This document shows, piece by piece, positions 57,482-64,000 of a stretch of 64,000 nucleotides of DNA. The stretch's first letter is position 1; every line of letters begins with the position of its first letter. Source of the DNA: Bacteroidota bacterium (GTDB taxonomy: Bacteria; Bacteroidota; Bacteroidia; UBA7662; CANHCV01). The stretch covers positions 8,597 through 72,596 of the forward strand of contig CANHCV010000003.1 of the NCBI GenBank assembly GCA_947459245.1, written 5' to 3'. Both the position numbers and the translations under genes were made by a program. The notes under the pieces were generated by a model. It was given only the letters and a program-made list of their open reading frames with translations. It was not told where the DNA came from and did no database searches.

Positions 57482-59030
57482 TTTCCGGCTGAAGCATGGC
57501 TTGTACCGCCGCCATTCCATCGAGGGCAGCGCTCATGATTCCGCCTGCATAACCGGGGCCTTCCCCACATGGGTAAAGGTTTCCGATTTCAAGGTGCCGC
57601 ATGGTTTCACGATCTCGCGGAATGCGAACTGGACTGCTTGTGCGGCTTTCAACTCCCACCAAAACCGCCTCGTTGGTTAGATATCCTCGCATTTTCTTAC
57701 CAAAATCGATGAGCCCGTCCCGTAAACTTTCGGCGATAAACGGAGGTAAAATTTTATTCAAATCGGCCGATACCAACCCGGGAAGGTAACTGCAATCGGG
57801 AAGGTTGGAAGAAACCCGCTGTTGGATAAAATCTTCCATGCGCTGGGCCGGCGCTGCCAAACTTTGGGTGGCTTCAAAGGCCCGCTGTTCGATTTGTTTT
57901 TGAAACTCCAAAGCCGCTAGCGGGCCAAAATCCGACACCAAGTGGACCCAGTGTTCGGGATTTACGGTTACCACCATGCCGCTGTTGGCGAATTTCCCAT
58001 TCCGCTTGCTTGGACTCCAACCGTTCACCACCATTTCTCCGTGGCTTGTTGCTGCAGGAGCAATGATTCCTCCCGGACACATGCAAAATGAGAAAACTCC
58101 GTTTCCTTTCGCTTGGGTAACCAAGCTGTAGCTGCTGGGCGGAAGATCATCGCCTCGTTCGGGTTGTTTGTATTGAATTTGATCGATGAGATTTTGGGGA
58201 TGTTCAATGCGCACTCCCAAAGCAAAGGGTTTGGCTTCAATGAAAATATTTCTGCGGTGGAACAACTCGAAAATATCCCGAGCTGAGTGTCCGGTTGCCA
58301 ACATCAACGTCTCGATTTCCTCCCACTGCCCGTGTTGATTTTGGATGCGAGTGATTTGATTTCCGTTCAATTCAAGATCCACCAGTTTGGTATCGAAATG
58401 AATTTCACCTCCGAATTGCAAAATGGTTTGTCGGATGTTTTCTATGATCCCAGGCAATTTATTGGTTCCGATGTGGGGGTGGGCATCAATGGCAATTCGG
58501 GGATCAGCACCGTGATCGATGAGACTTTGGATCACCCGTTTTACATCGCCACGTTTTTTGCTGCGGGTGTACAACTTTCCATCGGAATACGTACCGGCTC
58601 CACCTTCACCGAAGCAATAATTGCTCTCGGGATTCATTTTCTTTTCCTTATTGATGGCCGCCAAATCGCGTCGGCGTTCTTTTACGGCCTTTCCTCTTTC
58701 CCAAATGATGGGTTGAATTCCATTCTCCAACAAGGACAAGGCGGCATACATTCCAGCCGGACCAAATCCAATGATGTGAACCTTTTTCGAAAAAGATGAC
58801 GGTGAGAAATTCCATTGAACGCTTTCATCCACCGGAATTTCGCCCTTCCAAACTTGCACTTTGCACCGATAAATGATGGGTTTCTTTCGAGCATCGAGGG
58901 AACGTTTCACCATTTTGAACGACCTTCCATTCAAGGGACCAATCGCTTGTTCAATTTCACGAATTTGCGATTCGGTAGCATGCAATTCCTCGGGGAGGAG
59001 TACAATTTCAATTTCCTGGAATTCGGTCAT
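57465..59030 (-). CDS. NAD(P)/FAD-dependent oxidoreductase (COG2509-like FAD-dependent protein)
   Basis: Dinucleotide fold VHIIGFGPAGMYAALSL. 521 aa. GEGGAGTYSDGKL and CGEGPGYAGGIMSAALDG motifs. Confidence 0.8.
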   Translation of the reverse strand: MTEFQEIEIVLLPEELHATESQIREIEQAIGPLNGRSFKMVKRSLDARKKPIIYRCKVQVWKGEIPVDESVQWNFSPSSFSKKVHIIGFGPAGMYAALSLLENGIQPIIWERGKAVKERRRDLAAINKEKKMNPESNYCFGEGGAGTYSDGKLYTRSKKRGDVKRVIQSLIDHGADPRIAIDAHPHIGTNKLPGIIENIRQTILQFGGEIHFDTKLVDLELNGNQITRIQNQHGQWEEIETLMLATGHSARDIFELFHRRNIFIEAKPFALGVRIEHPQNLIDQIQYKQPERGDDLPPSSYSLVTQAKGNGVFSFCMCPGGIIAPAATSHGEMVVNGWSPSKRNGKFANSGMVVTVNPEHWVHLVSDFGPLAALEFQKQIEQRAFEATQSLAAPAQRMEDFIQQRVSSNLPDCSYLPGLVSADLNKILPPFIAESLRDGLIDFGKKMRGYLTNEAVLVGVESRTSSPVRIPRDRETMRHLEIGNLYPCGEGPGYAGGIMSAALDGMAAVQAMLQPEINTNA

Positions 59031-59515
59031 CAGTGTTTGGCGATTTTTTTGAGGACTCCACCGCTGGCTTCCTTGATGGATTCGGATACACTGGAAAGAT
59101 TTGCTGCTCCCGTATATTCTTCAATTCCACCAATCACATAACCAATGGTTTTAGAAGCAGCGAAATAGGTCAACATGGAATACAGGGCCAATTCTACTCC
59201 AAAGAAAAATCCGGCAATAACGAATAAGATAGCATTGAGCCCTAAAATGATTTCAGAAATGGTTAAACTTAATCGTTTGAGGGTATAAAAGGCAAGAACT
59301 TTAAAACCATTCATATCGGGCATCATCACATCCAACAAAATCAAATCTGGATGTGGCGAATTCTGCGCAATTTCCAAAGCTTTCTGTCCGCTTTTCGCCA
59401 CTTTCACCTGATAATCATCCTTCAGAATGGCCGATAGCACTTGTAAATTTTCAACGGAATCATCAACGGCCAGAACCAATGGGCGGGTAGAAATATTTCC
59501 AAAAAGTTTCGACAT
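59030..59515 (-). CDS. chimeric ORF: N-terminal half of a response-regulator receiver domain fused to a YitT-family membrane fragment (possible gene remnant)
   Basis: aa 11-72, LVLAVDDS...PDLILLDVMMPDMNGF, correspond to REC beta1-beta3 only. aa ~75-161, with TM segments and LYSMLTYFAASKTIGYVIGGIEEYTG, resemble the middle of YitT/DUF2179 proteins. Only 161 aa. Confidence 0.5.
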   Translation of the reverse strand: MSKLFGNISTRPLVLAVDDSVENLQVLSAILKDDYQVKVAKSGQKALEIAQNSPHPDLILLDVMMPDMNGFKVLAFYTLKRLSLTISEIILGLNAILFVIAGFFFGVELALYSMLTYFAASKTIGYVIGGIEEYTGAANLSSVSESIKEASGGVLKKIAKH

Positions 59516-59575
59516 GTTTGGGTGGTTTACGTTACAAAGGTACCATTTTTATTTTTTTTGATTTAGGTTTGCACC

Positions 59576-60160
59576 ATGCAAAAGATCCGCGTCCATATTC
59601 ACCAAATTCGCGAAAATTTCAACAGTACCCGTTCGTGTTTCATTGATCTGATTGATGATTCGAGGAAAGTTGTTCTCCCCATTTTGGTTGGTCCTTGCGA
59701 AGGACAAGTGATTCAATTGCATTTTGATGGGGCAACTCCGCCAAGGCCATTCACCCACGACTTGATTTTCAACATGGCTGGGGCCTTGGAATTCGACCTT
59801 CGTGAAGTGGTCATTCGAAAATTTGAGGAGGGAATTTTTTATGCTTCCCTGTATTGGTTGAAGGATGGAAACAGCGTTATTTCCGATTCTCGCACATCCG
59901 ATGCCATCGCTCTTGCGCAACGATTCGATATTCCCATCTATGTTTTACCGCAAGTGATTCGCGAAGCCGGCGTTAACCGGGAAGTCATTGAAGACGAGTG
60001 GGATATTCTCATGGAAGAGATGGAGGAAGACCAAGTGCCAGCAAAAGGATTAGGAATTTACACCCTGGCCGAATTGGAAGAGCAATTGGCTGAAGCCTTA
60101 GAAGACGAGGATTACGAAAAAGCCGCCCGAATTCGGGACGAAATTGAAAAGCGGAAATAA
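59576..60160 (+). CDS. bifunctional nuclease family protein (DUF151) with a C-terminal UVR motif
   Basis: VLPILVGPCEGQVIQLHFDGATPPRPFTHDLI...GIFYASLYW, and C-terminal EDEDYEKAARIRDEIEKR. Confidence 0.85.
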   Translation: MQKIRVHIHQIRENFNSTRSCFIDLIDDSRKVVLPILVGPCEGQVIQLHFDGATPPRPFTHDLIFNMAGALEFDLREVVIRKFEEGIFYASLYWLKDGNSVISDSRTSDAIALAQRFDIPIYVLPQVIREAGVNREVIEDEWDILMEEMEEDQVPAKGLGIYTLAELEEQLAEALEDEDYEKAARIRDEIEKRK

Positions 60161-60161
60161 C

Positions 60162-61388
60162 TTACATTAAAATGCCGGCCAGCGTGGCGCTCAAATACGA
60201 AGCCAAGGTGCCGGCCACCAAAGCCCGCATGCCCAACTTGGCCAATTCGGCACGACGCTCTGGAATCATTTCACCAATTCCACCAATTTGCATGCCTACC
60301 GAAGAGAAATTTGCGAATCCGCAAATGGCAATGCTCGTAACCATCAATCCTTTTTCCGAAACCATTTTAATGGCACCGGTAGTCATGTTTTGAAAAGCAA
60401 AAAACTCATTGATGGTTAATTTTTGCCCCAATAATGTAGCCGAATTGGCCACATCTTGAGAAGGAACTCCCATGGCATACGCCATCGGATAAAACAATGT
60501 CCCAAAAATTACGTCCAAACTTAATCCCGGAAAAATCCAACCCAATAGGTAATTGATCAGCGCAATGATGGCAATAAATCCAATGAGCATGGCGATAACG
60601 TTGATGGAAATTTTCATGCCTACCGAAGCGCCATGCGAAATGGCATCGATTACGTTGGCGTGATGGCTTTTCACCTCCAATTTCACCGAACCCATGGTGG
60701 CGCTTTCTTCCGTTTCCGGATAAAGAATTTTTGAAATAACCAAAGCACCTGGAGCTGCCATTAAACTAGCGGCCAACAAATATTCGGCTTTCGCACCCAT
60801 GTTCACATAAACGATGAGAATACCCCCGGCAATGCAGGCCAAACTACCGCTCATCGAAGCCAATAGTTCACTTCGAGTCATGGTTGGCAGGTAAGGACGA
60901 ATCATCATTTGAGCTTCTACTTGACCCACAAATGCTGATGCAACATTGCTCAAAGCTTCAGCTCCGGAAACAGGCATGATCTTTTTCATTCCTTTGGCGA
61001 TCAAATTCACCAATCGCTGCATCACTCCAAAAAAGTAAAAAATTTCGATCAAGGCGCACACCAAAATGATGGTTGCGGTAACGCTAAAGGCAAAAACGAA
61101 TCCGCCTTGACTGTAATCCAAAACACCGGTGGGAGTTCCCACCTGTACCCCGCGAAAAACGAAAGCAGCTCCTTCTTTGGCAAACATTTCAATTTTCTGC
61201 ATCACGCCCCCAATTTGTTGGAAAAACCAGGTCACGGGTGGGATTTTCAAAACGGAAATGGCAATGATGATTTGCAACAACAAACCGGAAACGACCAAAC
61301 GAACGTTGATTTTTTTTCGATTATTTGAAAATAAAAAGGCAATTCCGAGAATAAGAATAATGCCGAGCAGACCTTGAAATCGTTCCAT
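60162..61388 (-). CDS. nupC: NupC/NupG-family concentrative nucleoside transporter
   Basis: MERFQGLLGIILILGIAFLFSNNRKKI N-terminus and ICGFANFSSVGMQIGGIG motif. 408 aa, polytopic. Confidence 0.9.
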   Translation of the reverse strand: MERFQGLLGIILILGIAFLFSNNRKKINVRLVVSGLLLQIIIAISVLKIPPVTWFFQQIGGVMQKIEMFAKEGAAFVFRGVQVGTPTGVLDYSQGGFVFAFSVTATIILVCALIEIFYFFGVMQRLVNLIAKGMKKIMPVSGAEALSNVASAFVGQVEAQMMIRPYLPTMTRSELLASMSGSLACIAGGILIVYVNMGAKAEYLLAASLMAAPGALVISKILYPETEESATMGSVKLEVKSHHANVIDAISHGASVGMKISINVIAMLIGFIAIIALINYLLGWIFPGLSLDVIFGTLFYPMAYAMGVPSQDVANSATLLGQKLTINEFFAFQNMTTGAIKMVSEKGLMVTSIAICGFANFSSVGMQIGGIGEMIPERRAELAKLGMRALVAGTLASYLSATLAGILM

Positions 61389-61422
61389 GGGGCTAAATTA
61401 AGAAAATTAAGGTTAAGTTAAC

Positions 61423-62310
61423 TCAATCCACGATCAAATCTACAGTTCGTCCAAGCCGAACCGGCATCTGATGAGGAATATGTCCGAATGGTGCTCCGAA
61501 CGAAACCGGATAATGGTATTCGGATACGGCTTCCCAAACGACCTCTTCCACCGTTTTTCCAAACGGAACTTGATGGTCTTTCATATCGGTGAGCCCGCCC
61601 ACTACCAAACCGGCGATTTTTCTCAATCGGCCCGACCGTTTCAGGGTTTCCATCAATCGATCGATGTGGTAAATGTATTCATCCAGATCTTCGATCAATA
61701 AAATCTTATCCTTGTAATCAAACTCAGAAATGGAATCGATGTTGGATACCAAAACCGATAAGTTTCCACCAACCAAAATTCCTTTCGCTTCCCCTTTTCG
61801 GTGGAAAGATCGATTTTCCCAAGTCCATCTCCAAGATTTCCCCGACGCAATGTCTAAGGCGGGCTGAATGCCTTGCTGGATTTTTTCTTCTTTCAGGAAA
61901 TTCAAAAGCATTTCACCGTGTACTGTTGGGATACCTCTTTTGGTAGCTTTAGCAAGAATGATGGTTACATCACTGAAGCCGATTAACGGTTTGGGGCGTT
62001 TTTCCCAAAAATCCCAATCGATTTCATCAACCATTTTAATGCTGCCGTACCCGCCACGAACTGCCCACAAGGCATCAACCTCGGGATCGTGCAGCAAATC
62101 GTTGAACTCCAACGCCTTTTCTGCGCCGGTACCGGCCAATTGCCCGTATTTCTCATCGATGTTCCCGCCTAATTTCACGTTGATTCCTTGAGAATTCAAC
62201 CAATTGATGGCGGGCTGTAGGGCATCCAACTCCATCCAACGGGCTGTTGCTACTAATCCTACGGTTGTTATCGGATGAATCCGCTCCTCTTGTCCGAATA
62301 ATTGGGTCAT
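61423..62310 (-). CDS. LD-carboxypeptidase (peptidase S66)
   Basis: GFSDVT nucleophile motif, RGGYGS, and C-terminal FGHIPHQ. ATG at 62310 is preferred over the TTG at 62325. Confidence 0.8.
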   Translation of the reverse strand: MTQLFGQEERIHPITTVGLVATARWMELDALQPAINWLNSQGINVKLGGNIDEKYGQLAGTGAEKALEFNDLLHDPEVDALWAVRGGYGSIKMVDEIDWDFWEKRPKPLIGFSDVTIILAKATKRGIPTVHGEMLLNFLKEEKIQQGIQPALDIASGKSWRWTWENRSFHRKGEAKGILVGGNLSVLVSNIDSISEFDYKDKILLIEDLDEYIYHIDRLMETLKRSGRLRKIAGLVVGGLTDMKDHQVPFGKTVEEVVWEAVSEYHYPVSFGAPFGHIPHQMPVRLGRTVDLIVD

Positions 62311-62336
62311 GCACAAAGTAAACAAAAATTATCGTT

Positions 62337-62344
62337 TACCTTTG
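62337..62344 (+). promoter_or_regulatory. candidate -7 box (TAccTTTG) for ychF
   Basis: TACCTTTG lies 14 nt upstream of the ATG at 62359. It is part of a near-perfect 12-bp inverted repeat spanning 62312-62346. Confidence 0.35.
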
Positions 62345-62358
62345 TGAAAATTTTTTTT

Positions 62359-63462
62359 ATGGCTCTAAAATGCGGTATTGTAGGATTGCCCAATGTGGGG
62401 AAATCAACCTTATTCAACTGTTTATCGAATGCGAAAGCCCAAGCGGCCAACTTCCCCTTTTGTACCATCGAACCCAATTTGGGAGTCATTACCGTACCCG
62501 ATGCCCGTTTGAACGCCTTGGTGGAAATCGTAAACCCACAAAATACCCAACCGGCCACCGTTGAGATTGTGGATATTGCAGGATTGGTTCAAGGAGCATC
62601 CAGAGGAGAAGGACTTGGGAATAAGTTCTTGGCGAACATTCGCGAAACCAACGCCATTTTGCATGTTTTGCGGTGTTTCGACGATCCGAACATTGTTCAC
62701 GTTCATGGAAATGTAGATCCCATTCGCGATAAAGAAATCATCGATACCGAGCTTCAATTGAAAGATATGGAATCGGTAGAAAAGAAAATTCAGAAGGTTG
62801 AACGTGCCGCAAAATCGGGCGACAAGGATGCCAAGAAAGCGTTTGAAATCTTGACCGATTTTAAGAATACTTTGGCCCAAGGGAAATCGGCCCGCCAACT
62901 CGAAACCTCGCCAGAGGATCGCGAGCACATTGCCGATTTGTACCTACTCACCGACAAGCCTGTTTTGTACGTGTGCAACATCGATGAAAACGATTTGAAA
63001 AAAGGCGGATCCAACACGTGGGTAGAGTCGGTTAAATCCATGGCGGTGGCAGAAGGCGCTGGGGTGATGATCGTTTCTGCTGCGGTGGAAGCCGACATTG
63101 CAGAATTAGAAAGCTTCGAGGACCGTCAGGTATTTTTGGAAGAATATGGTTTAAAGGAAAGCGGAATGGAGCAGTTGATTCGCGCCGCCTACGATTTGCT
63201 CAACTTACAAACGTATTTCACGGCGGGCGAAAAAGAGGTTCGCGCTTGGACCATTCACAAAGGCTCTACCGCCCCTCAAGCTGCCGGTGAAATTCACACC
63301 GATTTCGAAAAAGGATTCATTCGTGCTGAAGTGATCAAGTACGACGATTTCATCCAATTCAAAAGTTGGTCAGCTTGTCGTGATAACGGCAAAATTTCGG
63401 TCGAAGGGAAAACGTATATTGTTCAAGATGGAGATTTGATGTTGTTCCGTTTCAATGTTTGA
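62359..63462 (+). CDS. ychF: redox-regulated ATPase YchF
   Basis: Start at [20 protein letters not shown]. The G1-G4 motifs and C-terminal TGS-like domain ([31 protein letters not shown]) are present. Confidence 0.95.
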   Translation: MALKCGIVGLPNVGKSTLFNCLSNAKAQAANFPFCTIEPNLGVITVPDARLNALVEIVNPQNTQPATVEIVDIAGLVQGASRGEGLGNKFLANIRETNAILHVLRCFDDPNIVHVHGNVDPIRDKEIIDTELQLKDMESVEKKIQKVERAAKSGDKDAKKAFEILTDFKNTLAQGKSARQLETSPEDREHIADLYLLTDKPVLYVCNIDENDLKKGGSNTWVESVKSMAVAEGAGVMIVSAAVEADIAELESFEDRQVFLEEYGLKESGMEQLIRAAYDLLNLQTYFTAGEKEVRAWTIHKGSTAPQAAGEIHTDFEKGFIRAEVIKYDDFIQFKSWSACRDNGKISVEGKTYIVQDGDLMLFRFNV

Positions 63463-63466
63463 TGCA

Positions 63467-64000
63467 TGAGAATGGCCCTTCTTCTGTTGGTTTTGGTTTC
63501 AACCCTAGAGGGGTGGAGTCAGTACCAACCGTGGAAAAACATTGAACCGGGCATTCACCAATTTCGCGGATTATTTCCTCCATTTCGAAATACTTTTTTG
63601 GTTGAAGTGGGGAAAGATGGGTATTTTTTGATCAATACGCCCTACAATTCGCCGGATCAAGCGGCCATGATGAATTCCATTCGAACGGACTTTCCGGGGA
63701 AGAAATTAAAGGCGCTGTTCGTTTTAGAGAACGATTATGCTTCGGCAGCGGGCGCCTTTTTGGTCACTTCCGCTTTGGGAAAAGTACCCATTTATTCCGC
63801 TACTCCCTTGGAGTTTTCCGAAGATGAAAAACAAGCCTACTTGTCTAAAAATCCGAAGAATCAAGAAAGTGGCAAACTACCTCCTACCCTCTCTTCCACA
63901 AATTCGATTGATTTTCTATTCGGAAAACTAACGTTAAAAAGTTTTGGAGAAACCTGCGGAAAACCGAGTTTCATCATTGCAGTTCAACCTTCAGAAACGA
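63467..64000 (+). CDS. secreted protein, 5' part only (runs off the window); metallo-beta-lactamase-like N-terminal pattern with a degenerate metal motif
   Basis: Not in the ORF track because there is no stop in the window. ATG at 63467 opens a 178-codon frame to nt 64000. Signal MRMALLLLVLVSTLEGWSQ. GYFLINTPYNSPDQAAMMNSI resembles the MBL beta-strand/loop pattern. Confidence 0.5.

Overview
The window looks like a densely coding chromosomal segment from a Bacteroidota genome. Support for the phylum: four proteins end in T9SS (Por) C-terminal sorting domains, one TonB-dependent receptor has a CarboxypepD_reg-type N-terminus, the 2-oxoacid dehydrogenase E1 is an alpha/beta fusion, L31 is type B, and TAnnTTTG boxes sit 13-38 nt upstream of several start codons. 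I count about 50 protein genes. Many are joined by ATGA, TAATG or TGATG start/stop overlaps, and the largest intergenic gap is 275 nt (5107-5381). I saw no rRNA, tRNA, CRISPR array, transposase, integrase or phage genes. Most of the content is housekeeping: katG, comEC, photolyases, plsY-clpS-yidD, prmA, tpiA, rpmE, pheT, zapA, rny, SOD, gcvH, ychF and nupC. The best candidate for an undescribed system is a four-gene minus-strand module at 1358-5106, between katG and comEC. It holds three soluble proteins with no family motif I can recognise plus a small-molecule-type SAM methyltransferase. Secondary candidates are: (a) a co-directional locus at 16366-25447 with a TlpA-like lipoprotein, two T9SS cargo proteins and two tandem SusD-less TonB-dependent receptors; (b) a photolyase/flavin-reductase operon whose first gene looks domain-permuted; (c) a 1459-aa secreted protein translationally coupled to prmA and abutting plsY; (d) a chimeric half-receiver/YitT-fragment ORF. 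All functional calls come from motifs read by eye in the supplied translations. No database search was run.
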